DNA of 64,000 bases. Source: a bacterium. GTDB taxonomy: Bacteria; Zhuqueibacterota; Zhuqueibacteria; Residuimicrobiales; Krinioviventaceae. Positions 19,543 to 28,193 of the stretch are shown here, one piece after another. A model generated the notes under the pieces. It searched no databases. It saw only the letters and a program-made list of their open reading frames with translations, and was not told where the DNA came from. Each line of letters begins with the position of its first letter. Position 1 is the first letter of the stretch. The translations under genes and the position numbers were made by a program. The stretch is from assembly GCA_963675755.2 (NCBI GenBank), contig CAXXMD010000003.1, positions 2,272,001 through 2,336,000 of the forward strand, written 5' to 3'.

Positions 19543-21018
19543 ATGAAAAGGTTTTTTATATATAGTATAATATTGTTATCCACAGTTGCCTGTTTTGCAC
19601 AGGAAGAACCGGAAAATCAGATAGCGTTTTTACGCGGAGGCAATACAGAGGTCCGGTTTTCATATTTTTCACAAATGATCTCGGGACATGGACTGGGTAT
19701 GGGATACAAATCTCCCCAGGTTTGGGATGTTTGGTCAAACCCCGCTAGTATGGCTACATTCAAGCAAACCTATGTAAGTATGAATTTAATGCCGCCATTG
19801 TGGATCGATCCTTCAAGTTATGAAGATATCAATAAGACCATTGCGGATGAACTTGACGAAGCGATTGTAGATTACAGGACCGAAGATACCGTGTTGGATT
19901 ACCCTACTTTGGGTGCAAAAATTAACCACAAAGGTGGATTGTATGGTGCTCAATTTGTACTGCCTGTAAAACATCATAATAGTATAACCGTTTTCAGTTT
20001 CGATATAGGTCAGCCTTTTTATATGAATCTAACAGCGGATAATGATGGATTTGAAACCCTGATTGAAACCCATAAAGATGTGGGCGATCAGAAAAAGATC
20101 ATCAAAATCCGGATGAACGCGTTAATTCAATCTGAACTGGAAGTCCGTGCGACAAAGTATCAATTTGGTTTGGCGCAAACTGTACATCCATCCGTTTCTT
20201 TGGGACTCAAGATCGGGCAGACACGAATGCGGTCTTATTCTACCAACGAAGTAAAAATGGATGGTATTATGGAAACCGCAGGTACCGAATATGTTTTTAA
20301 TGATCCCTATGATCCCCGTATTGATTTTGAAGCGGGAGAGACCAACAAATTGGGACAGAGTATGTTTGCGGATTTTCACGGATCTGCCATGAATGCCCAG
20401 TTTGGTGCATTGCTTAAAGCTGGCAATTCATTTGTTTTTGGATTGGATTATGACTGGCAGTCGGATGTAGAGATGACCGGAAATATGGAAATTGAACAGT
20501 ACAAGATCCCCGGTTTGAACGTGGATGCTCTGATTGGTGATGATGAAGACGGTGCTGAGGAAGAGGACCTGGTTGACGCAACACAACTTGATCTGGCAAA
20601 ACTTACTTTGACTAAACCCATTGATAATGAAACTACTGATCATTTTATGATGACTTTTCCATCATCCCTGGGCATGCAAGCGTCATTTCAGGGACGATCG
20701 GTGGAAACAACTCTCGAGTTCCGTAAATATTTTAATACATTTGGGTACGAGTTTCTGGACGAGACCTATTTTGCTTATATGAATTATGGTTTGAATTTTA
20801 TTTTTTCTGCGGGTATTTTTGAACTTGCACTCAGCGGACTGAATGCCGATCTGGTGCAGGAAAAAGCAGGAGAGGAAACCAGTAGAGATAATTACTGGAT
20901 CCCTGCTGCGAGTATGAAATTTGCCTTTTTTGTTGCCAAACAATACCAGGTTAGCAGCATGTTTTTTCTGGCACCAACACCGGGAATTGGTATAAAACTG
21001 GGTTATTTTATCCGTTAA
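19543..21018 (+). CDS. Divergent FadL/PorV-like outer-membrane beta-barrel protein
   Basis: Signal peptide, GLGMG...VWSNPAS motif, amphipathic strands, aromatic C-terminal strand (IKLGYFIR). ATG at 19543 fits the AAGG RBS better than TTG at 19537. Confidence 0.6.
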   Translation: MKRFFIYSIILLSTVACFAQEEPENQIAFLRGGNTEVRFSYFSQMISGHGLGMGYKSPQVWDVWSNPASMATFKQTYVSMNLMPPLWIDPSSYEDINKTIADELDEAIVDYRTEDTVLDYPTLGAKINHKGGLYGAQFVLPVKHHNSITVFSFDIGQPFYMNLTADNDGFETLIETHKDVGDQKKIIKIRMNALIQSELEVRATKYQFGLAQTVHPSVSLGLKIGQTRMRSYSTNEVKMDGIMETAGTEYVFNDPYDPRIDFEAGETNKLGQSMFADFHGSAMNAQFGALLKAGNSFVFGLDYDWQSDVEMTGNMEIEQYKIPGLNVDALIGDDEDGAEEEDLVDATQLDLAKLTLTKPIDNETTDHFMMTFPSSLGMQASFQGRSVETTLEFRKYFNTFGYEFLDETYFAYMNYGLNFIFSAGIFELALSGLNADLVQEKAGEETSRDNYWIPAASMKFAFFVAKQYQVSSMFFLAPTPGIGIKLGYFIR

Positions 21019-22160
21019 TCATTGAATACGCGGGATAAAAAGCGCGCTGCGAGTATGGAAAAAATAGTACCATAAGCAGTAATACCAAGAATAAACGGCC
21101 AGATCTCTTTGATCCCGTTTCCGAATGATACCAGTTCGTGTAGAGCTTTTAAGGTAATTCCAGGGGGGAGAAACATAGCCAAATGCTGCATCCAGGAGGG
21201 GGTAATTTCAATTGGCCACCAGCATCCGCTTATGGCTGACAGCGAAATTGCCAGGATGACAGAAATAGACGTTACCTTTTCTTCATCTTTGACCATAAAT
21301 CCTAAACACAATCCAAATGATCCAACCGTTACCGCAAACCCGATCAATAACAGAATCAGCGCAGGAATATCATTGCCAAAATAGACCCCAAACACAATTC
21401 TGCCAATAGCCAACAGTAAAATAATTTGCAGCATTGCAATGCTGGTTACACCCAGGAGTTTACCAAGATACAACTGGTTAAATGAAATTGGTGCAATTTT
21501 TACTTTTTTGAGAATACCGTTACGTCGTTCTTCGACCAGTGTGCCGGATGCGTAAATAAATCCTATCAGCATGGTAATCATTACAATGTTGGCGGGTACC
21601 TGCTGGTTAAAACCCGTGGGGATGGTTACATGTTTACCCGCTAAAGATGACTCTAGGTTAACCAGTGGTTTTCGGTTCTCGAGTAACGAAATGTTTTCTG
21701 AGGTAATTGCTTTATCATCCTTTGCCAGTTCACTCATGTTTGCCAGTAATCGTAAATATGATTTTTGCACGGCAATCTCTGCGGCTGCTTTGGCCTCTAT
21801 ATTGGCATCCTGCTTGTTTTTAAAAGCGAGTTTGACTTTAGCTTTGTTCAACAGACTGTCTGTAAAATTTGGTGGTATAACCAGGTATCTGGATGGGGGC
21901 TCTGCCGGTTCAGATTGCAGCATGGTGATTTTTAAATTCTCTGATTCGAGGGATTGCAACAGATGTTGTGAGAGAAATCCGGTATCCTGATTATAAATGT
22001 CCAACGATGCTTTGTATCCGGACCGGTCAGAATCCATGTTAAAAGCGCTGCCAAACACCAGAATATAAACACAGGGAACAATCAGCATCCAGATGAGAGC
22101 CAGTTTGTCTTTTAACAGCAACATTACATGTTGTTTTGCGATATTGAATATAATGCTCAT
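21015..22160 (-). CDS. ABC-2 type exporter permease (LnrN/YfiN-like)
   Basis: One N-terminal TM, a large extracytoplasmic loop, EERRNG motif, five further TMs, and GCWWP..ITPSWMQ..A..LP. Confidence 0.88.
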   Translation of the reverse strand: MSIIFNIAKQHVMLLLKDKLALIWMLIVPCVYILVFGSAFNMDSDRSGYKASLDIYNQDTGFLSQHLLQSLESENLKITMLQSEPAEPPSRYLVIPPNFTDSLLNKAKVKLAFKNKQDANIEAKAAAEIAVQKSYLRLLANMSELAKDDKAITSENISLLENRKPLVNLESSLAGKHVTIPTGFNQQVPANIVMITMLIGFIYASGTLVEERRNGILKKVKIAPISFNQLYLGKLLGVTSIAMLQIILLLAIGRIVFGVYFGNDIPALILLLIGFAVTVGSFGLCLGFMVKDEEKVTSISVILAISLSAISGCWWPIEITPSWMQHLAMFLPPGITLKALHELVSFGNGIKEIWPFILGITAYGTIFSILAARFLSRVFND

Positions 22161-22162
22161 AA

Positions 22163-23410
22163 TCAGATCTTTTTATTAAAGCCAATGAATGCGATTGAAT
22201 TAAAAAGTATTGTTAAACCCAGCAATACCCAGATATTGAGTTGAAAATGACTGAATGATTGATGGTCGAGAATGATTTTTTGTAGCCCTTCTACTCCCCA
22301 ATAAACCGGTGAAATTACAGCAATCTTTTGAATAAAGTCGGGTAATGCGCGCAAGGGGACCATTCCTCCACCCAGCATGCTGAAAAAGATAATAACCGCC
22401 GGGTTGATTTGTGAGCCGGCAGCACGGGATTTTGCTATTGAAAATAAAAATGCAACAACTCCTGATAAAGATGCTAACAAGAGTATGGATATAATAATAA
22501 ATCCAGGCAGGTCTGATAATAATATGCGGATCCCAAACAAGAGCACACCTATGGACCATACAATGAAATAAGCAATACATCCGGCAATGAACAGGAATAA
22601 AAGTTTGGAAAGCAGATAACGGTGCATACCCACAGGGCTTGATGCGATTCTGAACAGCGTGTATTGTTCCCGTTCACGAAAGAAATCCCGTCCCAATGCT
22701 TCCAGAACAAAGAATATACCCATAACCGCAATACCTGTTAATATATAGGCAAATATAGTATTCCCCGTTTCTTTTTCTTCGGTATCATGGGCTTTTACAG
22801 TTTCCTTGTCCAGTTCAATCAATAATGGGAAAAGGTAATCATCAACTTTTTCTATAGTATCTTTGAATTTCAGGTAAAGATCAGACAATTCGGATAATTC
22901 CGGCCAATGATCCGTATCCAGCATGGATTGGATGGCGTTGAATTCCGGACCAGCAAAGCGAAAGAGCTTGTCTGTACCTTCGCAGAGAATGCTGGTGGTT
23001 TCATAGGCAATTTTGGGTAAAAACGCCTGAGATGGATTTTTTATCAGTTCAACAGTACAGCTTTTATTGTTGGATAGCGAATCCTGAAATCCCTCCGGTA
23101 TGATAATGAGGGCGGATGCTTTGCCCGCATCCATTAATATTTTACCGGAATCCTGACCGATAAATTTGGGTGCAAACATGTTTGCCAGTTCACCATGTTG
23201 AAACGAACCGGTAAATAATTGAGAAAGAAAACTATCGTCATGGTCTTCAATCAGCAGGTCAATTTTGGGCAGGGTAGCCGTTTCATCCGAAGGTGAGAAC
23301 ACAGCACCCATAATAAATGTAAATACCAGCGGAATAGCCATTAGCAAAAGGAATCCTATTGGATTACCAAGTTTGCGTTTCAAATCCTTGATGATTAATG
23401 CGCTAATCAA
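22163..23410 (-). CDS. ABC-2 type exporter permease (LnrM/YfiM-like)
   Basis: Same topology as the neighbouring permease, with EREQYTLFRI and LGGGMVP..ALP.FIQKIA.ISPVYW. Confidence 0.88.
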   Translation of the reverse strand: MISALIIKDLKRKLGNPIGFLLLMAIPLVFTFIMGAVFSPSDETATLPKIDLLIEDHDDSFLSQLFTGSFQHGELANMFAPKFIGQDSGKILMDAGKASALIIIPEGFQDSLSNNKSCTVELIKNPSQAFLPKIAYETTSILCEGTDKLFRFAGPEFNAIQSMLDTDHWPELSELSDLYLKFKDTIEKVDDYLFPLLIELDKETVKAHDTEEKETGNTIFAYILTGIAVMGIFFVLEALGRDFFREREQYTLFRIASSPVGMHRYLLSKLLFLFIAGCIAYFIVWSIGVLLFGIRILLSDLPGFIIISILLLASLSGVVAFLFSIAKSRAAGSQINPAVIIFFSMLGGGMVPLRALPDFIQKIAVISPVYWGVEGLQKIILDHQSFSHFQLNIWVLLGLTILFNSIAFIGFNKKI

Positions 23411-24330
23411 TCTCTCAACTCCCTGCCGGTTAATTTGATAAATACAGAATCCAGGCTTGGTTCTTTGATAGAGAGGTTTTCTATTTGAATCCCCGTGCTT
23501 GTAAGCATTTCAATAAATTGTCCGGTTCCGTATTTGGAGGGCAGACTGTAAAGCACCTGGTTGTCTGTGACTGATATAATTGACAAGGCTTCAACCTTGT
23601 CAGTTAATGACTTTGCAATTTCTGCTGAAAAGGTGCCATTTATTTTTAATAATCGGTTTTCACCAACTATTTTTACAATATCTTCAAGCGTACCGGTGGT
23701 TAGCATTTTACCATGATCGATAATTGCGAGACTGTCACAGAGTTTTTCTGCTTCGTCGAGATAGTGTGTTGTATAGATAATAGTTGTTCCGGACTCGGCA
23801 ATGCTTTTTACTGCTTCCAGTATATGCTTTCTGGCCTGTGGATCGATACCCACGGTGGGTTCGTCAAGCAGCAGCAATTCCGGGCGATGGATAATACCAG
23901 CCGCCAGATTGAGTCTGCGTTTCATTCCTCCGGAAAAGTTTTTAATCTTTTCTTTTGATCGTTCAGCAAGTTCGAAAAAATCCAGCAGTTCCTGTATTCT
24001 TGCATTCAGTGAGATACCTTTCATGCCGTACAGTTTACCCCAAAATGCAAGATTATCTCTGGCAGAGAGGTCTTCATAAAGGGCAATGTCTTGCGGTACT
24101 ACACCCATTTTTGCGCGGGCTTGATTGCTATTGTACAAATCATGTCCGTCCAAAAGGATGGTACCCTGATCGGGTTTGAGTAATGAGCAGATCATGTTAA
24201 TAGTTGTTGTTTTGCCTGCGCCATTGGGACCCAGAAATCCGAAAATTTCACCCCGATTGACATGAAAAGACACATGATCAACAGCGGTTTTGCCATTGAA
24301 TTTTTTTACAAGGTCATTTACCTGTAACAT
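23407..24330 (-). CDS. ABC transporter ATP-binding protein (LnrL/DrrA-like)
   Basis: Walker A GPNGAGKT, signature FSGGMKRR, Walker B LLLLDEPT, H-loop TTHY, and C-terminal PSLDSVFIKLTG. Confidence 0.93.
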   Translation of the reverse strand: MLQVNDLVKKFNGKTAVDHVSFHVNRGEIFGFLGPNGAGKTTTINMICSLLKPDQGTILLDGHDLYNSNQARAKMGVVPQDIALYEDLSARDNLAFWGKLYGMKGISLNARIQELLDFFELAERSKEKIKNFSGGMKRRLNLAAGIIHRPELLLLDEPTVGIDPQARKHILEAVKSIAESGTTIIYTTHYLDEAEKLCDSLAIIDHGKMLTTGTLEDIVKIVGENRLLKINGTFSAEIAKSLTDKVEALSIISVTDNQVLYSLPSKYGTGQFIEMLTSTGIQIENLSIKEPSLDSVFIKLTGRELRD

Positions 24331-25419
24331 TTAAAGGTCCATTCCTCTTAGTTTGGATTCAAATGAACGAATGTCATTATTGGATTCCAGTACCCCGATT
24401 TCCATATGGGTAATAATTTTGCCGCCGGGCAAAAGATTAATCAGATCACCCCGTTTACGGGCGGTTTTACGGCCCTCGGGAAGACAGGTTCCCGGTTCCA
24501 TACCCACTACATAATTGCCTTGTCCCATCATTTTCCATTGTGTATAACGCGGCAGTTCTGCCTTGGGGTAGGCAAGATAGACACCAAGTCCCTGGTTATT
24601 GTTAAACTGACGGTTAACAATTGCAACGTTTACAATGCCATTTTCATCAACATCCTGTTCAATGCTAAAGCATTGTTCGCTAATTCCTGCAGTAGGTTCT
24701 TCATAAACGTCAAAAGTGTCTATGCCGTTTTGGGCGTTTTTATCAAAAGGCTCAAGATCTTCTATTACTGCCAAAAGTTCGGAACCTGTATCTACAATGG
24801 GGAAACCCATATTGTAATGATATACCAGCATGAGTTCAGATTCTTCATAACCCTGGTTTTCAATCTCGTCCTGAATCCATATTTTGGATTGTCCCAGTTT
24901 CGCGTGAATGCTGCGTTTGAGTACAAGATTGGGGCCAAAAAGTCGTGACTCGCGAACCGTTCCCGCGGCCCAAAGTATATATTCATTTTGTTCCCAGTCA
25001 GCTCCCCAGGACACGGATTTTGCGGGTGTGTTTGCAATTCTGCCGTGCAATCCGTAATGCTGGTTATCTTCGTCAGCGGGATCTCCGGCATTTTGTAAAC
25101 CACAGGTGGTCAATAACCCACCGGCAAATGACCACAACCAGTTCTTTTCGCGGGGATCATAATATTCCGGTCCGGTTGGGCCTGCTGAAGAGTGCCAGCA
25201 TATAGATGCGCCATTAAAAGAGGCGTCAAAAATATCCATTGCTCGGTCAATCAATACTGTAAACTGAAAACCACTGCCAGTATAAAATCGCAATGCGCGT
25301 ATACCGCGTTCTTTACCTTCGGTAAATTCTACAGGATGTACCCCTGCAATTTGAGACATGTCTCCTACACGGTGAAGGAGCTCATGTTTGGAAAAGGCTC
25401 TGTTAAACAGATTAGCCAT
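24331..25419 (-). CDS. Aldose 1-epimerase-like protein (DUF4432 family)
   Basis: Motifs DRAMDI, GGLLTTCGL..AG, GLHGRI, YHYNMGFP, YVVGMEPGT. Confidence 0.85.
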   Translation of the reverse strand: MANLFNRAFSKHELLHRVGDMSQIAGVHPVEFTEGKERGIRALRFYTGSGFQFTVLIDRAMDIFDASFNGASICWHSSAGPTGPEYYDPREKNWLWSFAGGLLTTCGLQNAGDPADEDNQHYGLHGRIANTPAKSVSWGADWEQNEYILWAAGTVRESRLFGPNLVLKRSIHAKLGQSKIWIQDEIENQGYEESELMLVYHYNMGFPIVDTGSELLAVIEDLEPFDKNAQNGIDTFDVYEEPTAGISEQCFSIEQDVDENGIVNVAIVNRQFNNNQGLGVYLAYPKAELPRYTQWKMMGQGNYVVGMEPGTCLPEGRKTARKRGDLINLLPGGKIITHMEIGVLESNNDIRSFESKLRGMDL

Positions 25420-25438
25420 CGTTACCTCTTTTTGTTGG

Positions 25439-26356
25439 TTAACGACTTTTTTGTTTGGGTCTTGTTTGTGTGTTTTGTTTGTCCTGAAATGTTACCAGAG
25501 AATTGGGCGCAACGGGTGCTGTGATCCAGGTATTGGCGCCTATGGTAGAATCATGGCCGATTACTGTTTCACCACCAAGTATGGTTGCTCCTGAATAGAT
25601 AGTCACCCGGTCTTCAATGGTGGGGTGACGTTTACCGCCCTTGACTGCGGTACCATCCTGATTTTTTTTAATGCTTAACGCACCCAGGGTTACCCCCTGA
25701 TAGATTTTAACGTCATCGCCAATTTTTGTCGTTTCGCCAATAACCACACCTGTTCCATGATCGATAAAAAAACGGTTACCGATTGACGCACCCGGGTGAA
25801 TATCAATACTAGTTCTACGGTGTGCCCATTCAGACATCATTCTGGGGATGAGTGGGACCGCCATTTTGTACAATTCATGCGCAATACGATGGGTAGCTAT
25901 TGCGTATACAAAGGGATAGCATAAAATAACCTCTTCGGTAGACTGTGCTGCAGGATCGCCATCAAGACCGGCCCGAATGTCCATCTTTAAGCGTGTACGG
26001 ATTTCCGGGATCCTTTTAATCAGATCAAGTGCTGCCTGCTCTGAACAGTCTTTGCAAAAGGGGCTCATTTGTTCTTTTTTTCGGGCGAATTCGCAAGCCC
26101 GGCAGATCTCATCGGTGCAACGCAGATATAATGTATCTATCGCACTTTGTACAAAAAAGGAAATGTTTGCACGTGCCGGCATTCGGTTGCCAAAAAAACC
26201 GGGAAACAGGATCTGCATAAAATCATCCAGAATTTCCACAACATGCTGCAAAGTCGGCAAGTTGGCGCCATCCAGTTTATTGATGCCTCCGTATTTGTCA
26301 TAAGTTGCAACGATTTCATCTGCTACATGTATAAGATCTTGAGTGATTAGGGACAT
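25439..26356 (-). CDS. cysE: Serine O-acetyltransferase (long CysE/EpsC type)
   Basis: [56 protein letters not shown] hexapeptide region. Confidence 0.88.
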   Translation of the reverse strand: MSLITQDLIHVADEIVATYDKYGGINKLDGANLPTLQHVVEILDDFMQILFPGFFGNRMPARANISFFVQSAIDTLYLRCTDEICRACEFARKKEQMSPFCKDCSEQAALDLIKRIPEIRTRLKMDIRAGLDGDPAAQSTEEVILCYPFVYAIATHRIAHELYKMAVPLIPRMMSEWAHRRTSIDIHPGASIGNRFFIDHGTGVVIGETTKIGDDVKIYQGVTLGALSIKKNQDGTAVKGGKRHPTIEDRVTIYSGATILGGETVIGHDSTIGANTWITAPVAPNSLVTFQDKQNTQTRPKQKSR

Positions 26357-26371
26357 GGGTTCGCCTTGTTG

Positions 26372-27106
26372 TCATTGGTTTTTTAAATATTTTCCGGCTT
26401 CTTTATCCAGGAGCCAGGTCAATACCCCTTCAACAGGGGAGACTTGAGCCGCGGGGTAATCTTTAGAATTGTTAAAAATGTCCCGCACTATTTCAGCCTT
26501 GTTTGCACCGGATACTAGAAAAATAACATTTTTTGCTGAATTTATCAATGGAAAGGTAAAGGTAATACGCCATTTTTCAAATTTAGGTACCCAATTGGCG
26601 GAAATCAGTTTGCTGTTTTCATGCAATGCTTCAGTTTCGGGAAACAGAGATGCTGTGTGGCCATCATCACCCATTCCCAGCAGGATGAGATCGAATCGCG
26701 GAACAGGTTGAAGCGGCGGATGAATGCTTAAAATGAGTCTTTCATAAGCTTCTGCTGCTTCTTCTGAAGGCGATAGCGAGGTGTCTACAGGATAGATGTT
26801 GAGGTCCTCTTGTTCCAGGGGATCAAAGAGCTCTGTGAATGCCATGCCCGCATTACTTTCAGGGTCATCAAGTGGGACATATCTCTCATCGCTCCAAAAG
26901 AAATTGATCTTGTTCCAATCCAAAGTGTTTTTGTAATATTTAATGAGGTTGTGAAATAGCAGTTTGGGTGTTGAACCCCCTGATAATGCAACATTAAAGG
27001 TTTCGTACTGGATGATATAGCGGGTAGCCAGTTCTGCAAACAGTCTTGCGGCTTCATAACCCAGTTCGTCTTTATCGTTATAGACTTTGGTTTTAATAGA
27101 TTTCAT
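26372..27106 (-). CDS. pgl: 6-phosphogluconolactonase (DevB type)
   Basis: ALSGGSTP, DERYVP, LLGMGDDGHTASLFP, RITFT.P.IN motifs, and position next to zwf-opcA. Confidence 0.93.
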   Translation of the reverse strand: MKSIKTKVYNDKDELGYEAARLFAELATRYIIQYETFNVALSGGSTPKLLFHNLIKYYKNTLDWNKINFFWSDERYVPLDDPESNAGMAFTELFDPLEQEDLNIYPVDTSLSPSEEAAEAYERLILSIHPPLQPVPRFDLILLGMGDDGHTASLFPETEALHENSKLISANWVPKFEKWRITFTFPLINSAKNVIFLVSGANKAEIVRDIFNNSKDYPAAQVSPVEGVLTWLLDKEAGKYLKNQ

Positions 27107-28193
27107 GTTTGTTCCTTTGTTCCGTATCCAATAGTTTTAACAGTATTTTCACTGCATCCAGATATATATCATCCGCGCGTACAAAATCCAGTTCATTGCC
27201 TATAAGCCAGGAGGTTGATGGGCTTTCCATTATCCATTTTTCTTTGTTGATAGAGACATTGTTTTGTAATTGTTCTACCTGTATTCCATTTTTTAGCGAT
27301 TCGATTATCCATTTTTCAGTGTCTGTTTCAATCTCGACAGATATAATATCACCTGCTGGCATTTCAGAATTTTGGTTATTTAATAAAAGTTCAATATTTT
27401 TATCTTTGGTGCTAAACACTAAACCTGTTTGGTTTTTTTCCTGCAACTGCCAGCCGAGTCGTGATGACAGCCAACCTGCTAAAAAGTAAGCCGTGCTGGA
27501 CATATCTTTGCCTGAATAGAGAATTTTGACCTTGCTGATTTCAGATAAATTTGAGGCACTCTGGCCGTCAAACAGCCTTGCAATGGTTTCTCGCCAGTTT
27601 GTTAGACGGGCCCATTGCAGATCGCTGATTTTACTAACATCTGCTGCAAACAACGTATGCCGCAGGAATAGTGTAAAATCTTTGACAGATGCAAACGTAG
27701 CCGGACTGTCAAGAATTGTCCGTTCTATATTTTTTTGAAAAGGTCCAAGATTTGGGTGATTCAGCACCCTATTGTCTGCGCTCCATAAATACACGGGCAG
27801 ATCTGGCAATAGTAACGGTAAAAGTGTGCCGGGAAGATGTTTTTCTCCCTCGGGACTTGTTTCCAGCGAGATCAGTTCACAGCAAATTTGAATACCATCT
27901 TCACGTGGTGGATGACAGAATGCAGAAATCGATGACTTTATCGTTTCGTCCTGGCGTTCTGTATCAATAAATACAGTTATGATCCTTCCGGGGTGGTGCT
28001 CGGTGATGTCCGGAATAGTATCCATTATATTTTCAAAATTACTACGATTGTGACAGGTAATGATCAGGTTCAGGCTGCTTGCTTTGACGGTTGGCCCGTT
28101 GCTGTCATCTGTCAGCGTTTGTTCCCAAATCTGCTTGAAATTTGATTCTATTTTATCCAGTTCTGTTTCAATTCCAATATTCTTTACGTTCAT
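27093..28193 (-). CDS. opcA: Glucose-6-phosphate dehydrogenase assembly protein OpcA
   Basis: HPGRII, PLLLPDLPVYLW, SDLQWARLTNWRE, LAGWLSSRLGW. Overlaps the zwf stop. Confidence 0.9.
   Translation of the reverse strand: MNVKNIGIETELDKIESNFKQIWEQTLTDDSNGPTVKASSLNLIITCHNRSNFENIMDTIPDITEHHPGRIITVFIDTERQDETIKSSISAFCHPPREDGIQICCELISLETSPEGEKHLPGTLLPLLLPDLPVYLWSADNRVLNHPNLGPFQKNIERTILDSPATFASVKDFTLFLRHTLFAADVSKISDLQWARLTNWRETIARLFDGQSASNLSEISKVKILYSGKDMSSTAYFLAGWLSSRLGWQLQEKNQTGLVFSTKDKNIELLLNNQNSEMPAGDIISVEIETDTEKWIIESLKNGIQVEQLQNNVSINKEKWIMESPSTSWLIGNELDFVRADDIYLDAVKILLKLLDTEQRNKHEIY

Noticed and set aside
24406-24948. 180-aa plus-strand ORF, and the many other 60-150 aa ORFs inside long genes
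   Set aside because: They lie antisense or out of frame within well-supported genes and show no motifs.
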